Below are positions 9,774-18,505 of a stretch of DNA of 64,000 nt, piece by piece. Both the position numbers and the translations under genes were made by a program. The DNA comes from an uncultured Candidatus Bathyarchaeia archaeon. GTDB lineage: Archaea; Thermoproteota; Bathyarchaeia; Bathyarchaeales; Bathyarchaeaceae. The stretch is from assembly GCA_964503065.1 (NCBI GenBank), contig CAZCYX010000001.1, positions 5,804 to 69,803 of the forward strand, read 5' to 3'. Position 1 is the stretch's first letter; each line of letters opens with the position of its first letter. The notes under the pieces were generated by a model that did no database searches, was not told the DNA's origin, and worked only from the letters and a program-made list of their open reading frames with translations.

Positions 9774-9920
9774 TTATTCTCTCTTTTTCTTTTGTTCTTT
9801 TCTCCGTTTCTCATCAATCGCCTCTCTAATCCACTCCGAAGGGTTAGAGACATCCCTAAGATACAGAGCCTGATCAATCCGCAAACGAACACCATAATGA
9901 ATCTTCTTCTTATTACTCAA
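9774..9920 (-). CDS. small ribbon-helix-helix (CopG/Arc-like) protein, 48 aa, not in the ORF track
   Basis: Own translation: (TTG)MSNKKKIHYGVRLRIDQALYLRDVSNPSEWIREAIDEKRRKEQKKKRE. A beta-strand-like GVRLRID is followed by helical SEWIREAIDE. A TAG stop sits directly upstream of the TTG. Same strand as, and 160 nt upstream of, the secreted beta-helix gene. Confidence 0.4.
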   Translation of the reverse strand: MSNKKKIHYGVRLRIDQALYLRDVSNPSEWIREAIDEKRRKEQKKKRE

Positions 9921-10102
9921 CTAAATCCAAACCAAAAAAGCTTCAACCCTCACAAAAATATCTTATGAATCCACAATCATAACCACCAATAACTGCAAAG
10001 TCTAAACAATTCAGCCTCACCCACACCTAATAATGAACCTTTCACTTACCCAAAAGAGAAAAATCATAAACTTTTATACCCTCGAAAACCCCCAACTAAT
10101 TA

Positions 10103-10422
10103 GGCGGTGGGTCTCAGGCGGGGGGCTAGGGGTCCCCTGAACCATAAACCCTCTACATGATGGGCCGAAATCCAAGACGAGGCGTCAAAGAACGTAAAGT
10201 CCCTCAGCCTTCTGACCATGAACATCCGTCCCTTACGGCTGGCGGTCACAGAGCAGCCTTCGTAGGAAGACTGTCAACTGGGTTAACCAGGCGAACCTGG
10301 CCAGGCCCGGGAGGGAGCAACCTAAACTTGGACGTTCAGCGCTTAAGGGGGTGCGGATACGAGTAAAGAGATTGAAGGGGCTTTGCGAAAACTGGACGTC
10401 GACTCTCGGTGATCCACCGCCC
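10103..10422 (+). ncRNA. ffs: signal recognition particle RNA (archaeal 7S/SRP RNA)
   Basis: The 5' GGCGGTGG pairs with the 3' CCACCGCC. The helix-8 signature CCAGGCCCGGGAGGGAGCAAC parallels the CAGGUCCGGAAGGAAGCAGC of E. coli 4.5S RNA. About 320 nt, GC-rich island in AT-rich DNA, followed by TTTT. Confidence 0.85.
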
Positions 10423-10424
10423 TT

Positions 10425-11363
10425 TTACAGAACATGCAAGCTTTGAAGCATCTGACAAGATCTACATACTTCTCCCATAGTAGGCTCTCCACATAGCTTA
10501 CAGTCCCGCAATTTTTCTTCCCCACCCACGGATTCTAAGGCGGGTCTAATTCTTTCCATTGATCGGAAGATTGTGAACTTTGTTCCCGCATGTTTTCGTT
10601 CCAGTCTGTTAAGCATATCTCTTATATCATTTCTCAAAGCAGTTTGAGCATAAGGACAAGGAATTCCTTGAAACTGAATCTTCTTCAAGTATGCATAAAG
10701 TGCAATTTCTCTTTCAGGGACTTCGCAGAAAGGCTTTATCCGTTGTATGAGTCTTGGATGTGCAACTGATAAAACAGGTTTAGCCCGTGCAATTCTTATG
10801 ACATCTCCATGAATAATGTTTAACAGGATGGTTTGAGTTTCATCGTCCAAATTGTGGGCGGTAGCAAGCTTATTGGCACCCGCCTTTTGTGCAAAACTGT
10901 TTAAGGCTCGTCTTCTGAGCACTCCACAGTAAGAGCAAGGAGTTAGATCCTTCTGTCCTTTTCTTCGTATTATGTCTACAAGTTCATCTAACATATATCC
11001 ACACATTTCCTTAAACGAGATCACGTTGTGCTCTACGCCTAGTTTCTGACAATTTTTTATGGCGAACTTCATCGCTTCATCTCGGTAACCCTTTATTCCC
11101 TCATCAACAGTGACTGCACAGAGTCGTGCCTCGGGAAAGTCCTTTTCAATATTCGTTAGTATGTGGAGGAGGCTTATGCTGTCTTTTCCTCCAGAAACCG
11201 CCACCGCCAAAGTGTCATCTCGCTCAAGCATGTCATATCTCGAGATAGTTACCTGAACCTTCCTTTCAATGGATTTCTTGAAGCATCTTCCACACAGTTC
11301 TTCTCCAGAGTATGAGCGCATGAAGATTGCATCTGTGCTCTTGCATGAACTGCACTTTGCCAT
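10425..11363 (-). CDS. tRNA 2-thiolation PP-loop ATPase (TtuA/NcsA family)
   Basis: PP-loop SGGKDS, with N-terminal CxxC...CxxC and C-terminal CxxC...CxxC zinc fingers. Confidence 0.8.
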   Translation of the reverse strand: MAKCSSCKSTDAIFMRSYSGEELCGRCFKKSIERKVQVTISRYDMLERDDTLAVAVSGGKDSISLLHILTNIEKDFPEARLCAVTVDEGIKGYRDEAMKFAIKNCQKLGVEHNVISFKEMCGYMLDELVDIIRRKGQKDLTPCSYCGVLRRRALNSFAQKAGANKLATAHNLDDETQTILLNIIHGDVIRIARAKPVLSVAHPRLIQRIKPFCEVPEREIALYAYLKKIQFQGIPCPYAQTALRNDIRDMLNRLERKHAGTKFTIFRSMERIRPALESVGGEEKLRDCKLCGEPTMGEVCRSCQMLQSLHVL

Positions 11364-11373
11364 CGTTTCTCCC

Positions 11374-12513
11374 TTAGATTCTTATTAAGCCGTATCTGAT
11401 GAAACTCATTGCGATATTAATTGCGATCAGTCCGAAACAAATGGCATTAAACAGTATACGAGCTTCGCGATGTCTCTTCTTTACGATTTTTTTTAAGGGG
11501 TAGTAGAGGAATCTTTCTCCGTCAAAAGGATACAGTGGCAACATGTTGAAAATGGCGACATTTACGGAGATTAGGTAGAGCCAAAACAGGATCAGGTTCA
11601 AATGGACTGTTGTGTAATGTTCTAGTGATATTCTACTTGGGTAATAATCTGAATAATAAGCGAGACCGATAATAGCTTGACCCTCTGAGCCGATTCCTGT
11701 CTTTAGTGATATATTGCCCTTGTTTGTTTCCAGAATTAGAGTTTGCCCCGGTGTTACGTTATTCTGTATCATAAACTCTTCAAGGTCACTTATAGTTGAC
11801 ATAATTGTCCCATTAACGGCAAAAATGGCATCCCATTGTTGCAGTCCCGCCTGTGCAATGGGTCCATTTTCCGTGGTTTCGTATATTAGGATTCCAGAGG
11901 CTGGAGCGTATAAGCCCGTTAGCAGGAGCAAAACGAGAAAGCTGGTAATCAGGTTTGTGGAAGAGCCCACCGCAAGCATTCGAAGTTTAGAAACCGTTGA
12001 AGCTTTCTCAAAACCTTCTTCGTCTGGTTCAACAAATCCGCCAAAAAACACAAAGGCCATGAGAATTCCGGCTGATTTTACAGGAATCTTCTCCAACCTT
12101 GCAATAATGCCGTGAGCAAACTCGTGGGTCAAAACCGCTATTGCTATCGCTATGAAAAAGTATGGTAACCAATATAGTCGAATAGTGATGACGGGGAGAA
12201 TCGGAATAATTGGGACTGCACCCCCTACCTCCACTGGGTAAATGAATTTCAAGAGATTGTTGACAAAAAAGTAGATGACAAAGGTCATTAGTCCAAGTGC
12301 AAATGCTATGCTTATGTTGGAGAAGGTTTTCCAGAAAAACTGTCTTCTTTTCGATGCTTTATCCAAAAATCTTGTTAACTTCTCAGATTTATACATGAAG
12401 TATGCTGGTTTTACTTCTAATCCGTGCTTATCTAAATGGAAGAGATAGCCTGCTAAATACATGACAATCCAAAAGATGATGAGAATGAGTAGAAACCATA
12501 ACTCTGGAATCAT
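11374..12513 (-). CDS. site-2 protease family (M50) membrane metalloprotease with PDZ-like insert
   Basis: HEFAHG zinc motif in a TM helix, multi-TM protein, C-terminal NxxPxxPxDG motif (NMLPLYPFDG). Confidence 0.8.
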   Translation of the reverse strand: MIPELWFLLILIIFWIVMYLAGYLFHLDKHGLEVKPAYFMYKSEKLTRFLDKASKRRQFFWKTFSNISIAFALGLMTFVIYFFVNNLLKFIYPVEVGGAVPIIPILPVITIRLYWLPYFFIAIAIAVLTHEFAHGIIARLEKIPVKSAGILMAFVFFGGFVEPDEEGFEKASTVSKLRMLAVGSSTNLITSFLVLLLLTGLYAPASGILIYETTENGPIAQAGLQQWDAIFAVNGTIMSTISDLEEFMIQNNVTPGQTLILETNKGNISLKTGIGSEGQAIIGLAYYSDYYPSRISLEHYTTVHLNLILFWLYLISVNVAIFNMLPLYPFDGERFLYYPLKKIVKKRHREARILFNAICFGLIAINIAMSFIRYGLIRI

Positions 12514-12656
12514 ATTTCTTTTCCTTGCCCGTGTTCTAAAAGGAAACTAACTAAATAACACTTCGGTATAGTCTTTGTAGGAAACGAGCATAATAAAGGG
12601 ATCACCCTCTTACTTAAGATGGCTGGAGGATAACCTTCAATCAAGGAGTAATACCA

Positions 12657-13370
12657 ATGGCTAAGAAACCACTGAAGCGTGCTGAACGCATAGAAGTCAC
12701 TTATAGCGAAAAACACTGGGACCTACTAAAGGAATTAAGGGTTAAAGCGATGAAGATAATGGAAGCTCTAAACCAATTTCATCTTTACTCCGTTGTTCAT
12801 GGAAGTATTGCGCGAGGCGATGTGTCAGAGAAGAGCGACATTGACGTTTTTGTGCCAGATCCTCCATCCTCATTTATTGTAGAAACGGCTCTTGGACGTG
12901 CTGGGGTTTCTGTTAGTCGTCGACTTCTAGTGCAAGCTACACCTCACTATGCTGTCAAAGGATATCTGGAAATAAACAAGCAGCTGTGTGTCTCCTTTCC
13001 CCTTCTAAAACTTCGCCCTTTAGAAAGAGATTTCTACAAATTTGGTGGTGAGGCATCTCTTCCCATGCTCAGAAAAAATACGAGGGTTCTTGGGGTGGAC
13101 AAACGGCTAATGCTGATTGAACCAACCAAGGAAGGTCATGTCGAAACTTCAATCGTGAGGCAAGAAGAAAATATAGCAGGACTTTTAGGTGTTTCCATGG
13201 AAACAGTGCTGGATCGTGTTCACGCTTTGCTACGTCGTAACGAGATTGGCCGAACAGGAGTCTTCATAGAAAGAGAGCTCTCGCCTGAGGAAACTTTTGA
13301 AATGGTCCTGAAAAGACTTGTGGATCAAAATCCTGCGGTTCGTAGACGCTTCAAACTTTACGGAAGGTAA
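12657..13370 (+). CDS. nucleotidyltransferase (Pol-beta superfamily) domain protein
   Basis: GS...D.D signature (HGSIARGDVSEKSDIDVFV). Confidence 0.6.
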   Translation: MAKKPLKRAERIEVTYSEKHWDLLKELRVKAMKIMEALNQFHLYSVVHGSIARGDVSEKSDIDVFVPDPPSSFIVETALGRAGVSVSRRLLVQATPHYAVKGYLEINKQLCVSFPLLKLRPLERDFYKFGGEASLPMLRKNTRVLGVDKRLMLIEPTKEGHVETSIVRQEENIAGLLGVSMETVLDRVHALLRRNEIGRTGVFIERELSPEETFEMVLKRLVDQNPAVRRRFKLYGR

Positions 13371-14465
13371 CTACCCAATTGGGAAACGGAGTAGCGCAGC
13401 AATACTTCCTAATGAAAGGAGTTTTGCTCCCGCCTCATGCTCTACACTCAAAACTATAATTTCCCCTCCCTTTTCTTCGACATCTCTCATGAGGTTTTCT
13501 AGGAGAATTCTTTTGTCATCCGAGGCTTCTCTCAGAGTTACATCAGCGATGAGTAACATATCCACTGCTCCCATTGTGCTTGCAGTTTTCACTTCGTCAA
13601 ATCCGTATGTAATGTCCATCCTTCCCTTTCCCAGTCGTAAAAGCACTTCTTCCATAACTTTTGCCTCCTCTGCTATACGTATTTCTTTTATGGCTTTAGT
13701 GAAAACTCCCGAACGCAGTGCTTCGTCTATTCCAGCAACTCCCACACTATTCACACCTTTTACATCAATAACAGCCTCTGCAATTTCTGAATCTTGGTCT
13801 CTTATGAATTTGGCATAATGACCCTTGGTGAATCCGAGACCGATTATGACAATTGGGCTTCGAAGTTTCGTCCAAACCTGTCTTAGGACCTTTAATGCGT
13901 CTTTAAAGAATTCGCGTGTGGCTTGGGTTCTTTTTTCTGGTTCAAGTTTGCCTGGAAGTCTTGTTTTTGTCTCCACCTTAACGTCTATGCCATATTGTCT
14001 TAAAACCGCTAAGCAATATCCTTCGTCATCTATAGATGCTACAATAATCGGCGCAACTGCAGTTTTTCTGGCTCTCTTTAACCTCTCAACCTCGTGCCTC
14101 AACCACTTGGATTTTACAATGGTTATAGGCTTATTTACAGTGATGTTTAGGGTGTGATGTGAACCCTTCACGTTGAGGTCTTCTGGTGCCTTGCAAACGA
14201 TCCCGTGTACTCTCAGTCGGTTTAGACTTCTGTCCCACAACACTTTTTCAACTTTCACGCCGAGAAGAACTGAAACTCTCTTCCCCCTTTGTGGACGAGC
14301 ATAACGGTCTTCAACTTTTACCTCTCGAGTGGTTCTTGCATGTACCTCATCGTTTCTAAGAATTATGTTATAAAGATGCCAAATATCATCTAGACTCTCC
14401 GGTAAAACCTTCACAACGCCCTTTTTGAGTTTCATTTTCAAGATTTTCAAAGAGAGTTTCTCCAA
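13371..14465 (-). CDS. pelA: mRNA surveillance protein Pelota
   Basis: Length and N-terminal pattern (VKVLPESLDDIWHLYNII..D) match Pelota, with an eRF1-like C-terminal region. Confidence 0.85.
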   Translation of the reverse strand: MEKLSLKILKMKLKKGVVKVLPESLDDIWHLYNIILRNDEVHARTTREVKVEDRYARPQRGKRVSVLLGVKVEKVLWDRSLNRLRVHGIVCKAPEDLNVKGSHHTLNITVNKPITIVKSKWLRHEVERLKRARKTAVAPIIVASIDDEGYCLAVLRQYGIDVKVETKTRLPGKLEPEKRTQATREFFKDALKVLRQVWTKLRSPIVIIGLGFTKGHYAKFIRDQDSEIAEAVIDVKGVNSVGVAGIDEALRSGVFTKAIKEIRIAEEAKVMEEVLLRLGKGRMDITYGFDEVKTASTMGAVDMLLIADVTLREASDDKRILLENLMRDVEEKGGEIIVLSVEHEAGAKLLSLGSIAALLRFPIG

Positions 14466-14616
14466 TCAAGTTCTGTATAAGTGAAAAACATGTCTGAAAA
14501 GGTTATTGTATTTCTGGCTTATCTTTGTTACCGCTCTATCCTTGATAAATAAAAGAATCGCTTTATATGAGATTCTGAGGTGAGATATTTAGAAAAATTG
14601 TGGAGGGCTTTAGTGT

Positions 14617-16993
14617 ATGAAGAAGATGTTCTGGCTCTTGGATGTTAATTATGAGGTGAAAGACCATAAACCAGAGATGTGGATTTGGGGCATTGATGAT
14701 GAAGACAAACGAATCCTTATCATTGACCGAAATTTTCTTCCTTACTTCTACTTGGTTGCAGAGCAGAAGGAAAACCCCCAACTGATAATAGAAACAATTA
14801 GGTCACATGAGGCGGATTATCCGTTAATCAAGAAATTAGAACCCACAAATCGAAGATTCTTTGGCAAACCTGTGAATGCGATTAAGGTTGTTTGCCAAGA
14901 TCCAAATGTTGTATCGAAATATGCGAGGTCTCTTAAAAAAGTTGAAGGCATCAAAAACTGTCTTGAAGATGCCATCCGCTATTCTATGCGTTATCTGATA
15001 GACAATAACGTTATTCCGTGCAGCTGGCACGAGGTAGAAGTTGAAGAGATAGAAAACAATCTGGAAGTGCAAGTTGACAAAGTATACCTCGCTAAAACAT
15101 CTCCAAGAACTATTGAAAAACCTGAAGTTCCCGAACTAAGAATCTTAGCCTTTTCAACAATCTCATACAGTCGTCAAGGCGCACCAAAGCCAGAAAGAAA
15201 TCCTGTTGTTATCATTTCAGTATGTACAAATGTTGGAGATGAGAAACAGTTTGTGGCGAAGGACTCAGATGACAAAACTGTGATTGAATTCTTCTTAAAG
15301 TATGTTCGTGGTTTTGATCCCGACATCATTGCTGGTTATGGCATCAACCGACAAGACTGGCCCTATCTCCTATCTCGATCTAAAAAATTGAGTGTCAAAC
15401 TTTCTGTGGATAGGGCGAATACTGAGCCTCACACAAGTGTTTATGGCCCACATATCCATTACTGGACGAGCAAACATGGACTTCTTCGATTTTGCAGATG
15501 AACTCCCTGAAGTGAAGATAAAGACTCTAGAAAACATAGCAGACTTTCTCGGCGTCGTGAAGATTGAGAAACGCACCTTAATCGAAGACATCGACTTCCC
15601 TAGCTATTGGGAGAATCCAGAAAAGCGTTCTACTTTCCTGAAGTTTTCCCGAGAAAACACTCAGTCAATAATGGGAATCACCAAAGCCATGTTAGATTTC
15701 GCCATGCAGTTGTCCAGTCTTGTTAGTTTACCTCTAGATCATGTAGGAACTGCAGCAATTGGCTTTAGGGTTGAATGGTATCTAATCAAAGAGGCATACA
15801 AAATTGGTGAACTTGTACCAAAAAGGATAGAACGCCCTTATATTCCCTATGTAGGCGCTATAGTTTTGAAACCCAAACCTGGGGTTCATGAAAACGTTGC
15901 TGTTCTCGATTTTAAGGCTATGTACCCTAACATTATGATAACTGAGAATCTTTCACCCGACACTTACGTTTCCCCATCAGAGCCTGAACCATTGTGTGGC
16001 GTAAACATTGCCCCAGAAGTGAAACATAGATTCCGCAAAGAACCAGCTGGCTTGTATAAAGAGGTACTGTCAAGCCTTATTGGCGTAAGAGATGAGATCC
16101 AACTGAAAATGAAGAAACTTGACCCAAAAACCCCTGAATACCGAGTCTTAGATGCCCGCCAAAAAGCTGTAAAAGTGATCACCAACGCTTCTTACGGTTA
16201 TACAGGGTGGATAGGCGCACGATGGTACATAAAACCTGTTGCAGAAGCAGCAACCGCATGGGGTCGCCACTCCATTTTATACACAATAGAGTTAGCAAAG
16301 AAAATTGGATTAGAAGTCATATATGGTGACACTGACAGCATTTTCGTGAAGTATGAACCCAACAAAGTCGAAAAACTTTCCACAATGATTACTGAGAAAT
16401 TTGAACTTGAGATAAAGCCTGATCAAATCTACGTCCGCATCTTATTCACAGAAGCCAAAAAAAAGTATTGCGGACTTTTGCCAGATGGACGCCTAGATAC
16501 GGTGGGTTTAGAAATGGTAAGGGGAGACTGGACGGAAGTAGCGAAGAACGTGCAGAAAAGAGTGCTGGAAATAATACTTAAGGAACAAACTCCACAGAAG
16601 GCAGCACAATTTGTAAGTCAATTTATCTCTGATCTAAGGGAAAAAACGGTTCCTTACAAGGATCTCGTTATATGGAAAACACTTACCAAACCAGTTGAAG
16701 AATACGCTGTTAAGGCTCCCCATGTTGAAGCCGCAAAAAAGCTAATGGAAGAAGGGTGGGAGTTATCGTTAGGCGATAAAATTGGCTATGTCATTGTTGT
16801 GGGGTCAGGGCGTTTATATGAAAAAGCTAAGCCATATGTTTTAGCTTCTTACGATGAGGTTGACATTGAATACTACGTGTCTAATCAGGTGGTGCCAGCT
16901 GCATCTCGAATTTTAATCCTATTCGGCATATCAAAAGATGCGTTACTGCCTTCTAAGACTCCAAAAACTCTCTCTGAGTTTGTAGGAAATTAA
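14617..16993 (+). pseudogene. polB: family B DNA polymerase, reading frame broken by one extra nt in a CCC run near 15445-15449 (true pseudogene, recoding or assembly error unresolved)
   Basis: Two overlapping ORFs (14617-15501 and 15392-16993). Deleting one C gives ...TEPHTSVYGHISITGRANMDFF..., matching the exo-domain hairpin of archaeal PolB. Polymerase motifs are intact: DFKAMYPN, KVITNASYGY, YGDTDS, KKKY. Confidence 0.85.
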
Positions 16994-18126
16994 CCTCCAA
17001 TATCAGAGAATGTTAGTAAATGAATGTTTAGCGGCTGTTTTATCGCGTCGGAAATGCGACCTGCTACTAAATATTTCACATTTTTTTCTGTTGCGACATC
17101 CACGAGCCTCTGGGTTATTACTCCATCGAAGACTACGGTGTCAATGCCTTTGGCTTGTTGAAGTTTTTCCGCAAGTTTACTCACTGGTAGTCGCTCTATT
17201 TGCTTCATTTTTTCATCAAGCAATATCGCTTCTAAAGTTCCGTCTAATTCTTTTGCGACTTTAACTATTTGTTTAGGAACAAGGACTTTTCTTCGTTTCT
17301 CTTTGGTCTTATATCCTTTAATAGGTACTCTTTTTTGAAGGGCTTCCTCGATTTGCTTTGGATTGAGTTCTTCAACTTCCTTATGTCGCGGAGCCCTAGC
17401 AACATACTTAACGTTAGCCACTTGCATTAGTTCTTTGAGTATCAGGTCTCCTCCACGGTCTCCGTCAAGAAGTGCGGTAGCCTCTTTTTCACGAGACAAT
17501 TTTATTATAGATTCAGGGATTTTGGCTCCTTCCAACGCGATAACGTTTTGTATTCCAGTTCTCAGCAAGTTTATCACGTCTGCTCTCCCCTCAACAATAA
17601 TTATCTCTTTTGCGCTTTCGATGTCTGGTCCTGCAGTCAGTTCTTCTGGTCCGTATTTTTCAACTCTGGCTAGTCTCAATATTTCTGACACTTCTCTGAA
17701 AATTTCTTCTGTTCCGGGCATGGCTTTAATGGTCCATTCTTGGAGGATTTCTTTTGCTCTTTCTATGATTGCCTTTCGTCTGGCGTCGCGTATGTCTTCA
17801 ACCTTTTCTACGGTGACAGTGGCTGCGCATGGTCCAACTCTGTTTATGCTTTCGAGGCTGGCTGCAATGATTGCTGTGGAGACTCTGTCGAGGCTTGTTG
17901 GAATGACTATGGTGCCTGCTGTTTTGTCCTTTTCTGATTTTAACTCGATCTCTATTCTTCCGATTCTTCCTGATTTCTGGAGTTCTCGGAGGTCCAGTTC
18001 AGGTCCAAACAATCCTTCTGTTTGTCCAAAAACTGCTCCGATTACATCTGGTTTTTCAACCACTCCTTCTATCTCGAAGGAAGCGCGGATAACATACTTT
18101 ACAGTAAGTGTTTGTGATGAACCCAT
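16990..18126 (-). CDS. dnaG: archaeal DnaG primase-like Toprim protein
   Basis: N-terminus KYVIRASFEIEGVVEKPDVIGAVFGQTEGL and a Toprim core (IIVEGRADV...LLDGDRGGD). Confidence 0.85.
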   Translation of the reverse strand: MGSSQTLTVKYVIRASFEIEGVVEKPDVIGAVFGQTEGLFGPELDLRELQKSGRIGRIEIELKSEKDKTAGTIVIPTSLDRVSTAIIAASLESINRVGPCAATVTVEKVEDIRDARRKAIIERAKEILQEWTIKAMPGTEEIFREVSEILRLARVEKYGPEELTAGPDIESAKEIIIVEGRADVINLLRTGIQNVIALEGAKIPESIIKLSREKEATALLDGDRGGDLILKELMQVANVKYVARAPRHKEVEELNPKQIEEALQKRVPIKGYKTKEKRRKVLVPKQIVKVAKELDGTLEAILLDEKMKQIERLPVSKLAEKLQQAKGIDTVVFDGVITQRLVDVATEKNVKYLVAGRISDAIKQPLNIHLLTFSDIGG

Positions 18127-18258
18127 TAATATTCACCTCAGTCAAGATTTAACCTCACTATCCTAATTATAGTGGTGCTGAGCCATAAATTAGTTTGCGT
18201 CTAGTTATACTTTACTATGCTCCTTTCCATATTGATAGACAACAAATGAGAGGTTCAG

Positions 18259-18300
18259 AGGTTTTAAGATGTGTTATTGATGTTAGTATTTTGACTCGTG
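18259..18300 (+). repeat. left copy of a ~42-nt direct repeat containing a BRE/TATA-like GGTTTTAAGAT box
   Basis: aggttttaagatgtgttattgatgttagtattttgactcgtg compared with aggttttaagatataattggtattagtatttttaactggtg at 18434-18474, about 78% identical by eye. Confidence 0.6.
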
Positions 18301-18350
18301 TTTGTTGTGCGTGTGCGTGTGTGAGAACCTCTCTATAGAGGGGGGGCGAG
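18296..18350 (+). repeat. copy B of the conserved intergenic element
   Basis: gtgtttgttgtgcgtgtgcgtgtgtgagaacctctctatagagggggggcgag. Confidence 0.8.
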
Positions 18351-18433
18351 ATGTGTGGTAAGGTTTAGGATTTTTTGGTTTGTTATCTCGGAGTTAATAG
18401 GTCGGTTTTCAGGGGTGATGCCTAAGGGGTGGA

Positions 18434-18474
18434 AGGTTTTAAGATATAATTGGTATTAGTATTTTTAACTGGTG
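18434..18474 (+). promoter_or_regulatory. right copy of the direct repeat; likely BRE/TATA promoter of the 18506 gene
   Basis: The TTTTAAGATATAAT box lies about 55-65 nt upstream of the TTG start at 18506. Confidence 0.45.
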
Positions 18475-18505
18475 TTAGTGGTATTATTATGGAGTAGGTG
18501 GATGT

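Noticed and set aside
9732-9968. The 78-aa plus-strand ORF in the gap upstream of the SRP RNA.
   Set aside because: It is a low-complexity, proline/leucine-rich product of a C/A-rich strand. The opposite strand encodes a more protein-like RHH ORF.
10157-10366. The 69-aa plus-strand ORF, and the 60-aa minus-strand ORF at 10343-10525.
   Set aside because: The plus-strand ORF lies inside the SRP RNA gene and the minus-strand ORF largely overlaps the TtuA/NcsA gene. Both reflect GC-rich RNA sequence giving spurious open frames.
15431-15475. A BHB intron as the explanation for the polB frame break. The candidate was AGUG(UUU)AUGG-loop-CCAU UACU(GGA).
   Set aside because: Cutting at the canonical bulge positions removes 24 nt, a multiple of 3, so the frame is not restored. 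The outer helix is absent. Alignment to PolB leaves no room for a missing segment. A 1-nt change in the CCC run explains everything.
17363-18166. Long antisense ORFs opposite real genes. Examples are the 267 aa opposite dnaG, 13318-13818 opposite pelota, 62630-63172 opposite lonB, and many ORFs of 60-130 aa inside the 906-aa gene, copA and the TPR gene.
   Set aside because: They have low-complexity Ser/Pro/Leu-rich translations, no motifs, and complete overlap with strongly supported genes. They are shadow ORFs.
18296-18350. Interpreting the dyad-plus-G-string element as archaeal origin recognition boxes (ORB) marking oriC.
   Set aside because: ORBs cluster as several copies around an AT-rich unwinding element next to orc1/cdc6. 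Here the three copies are single, 12-37 kb apart and all in one orientation, and no orc1/cdc6 gene is in the window.
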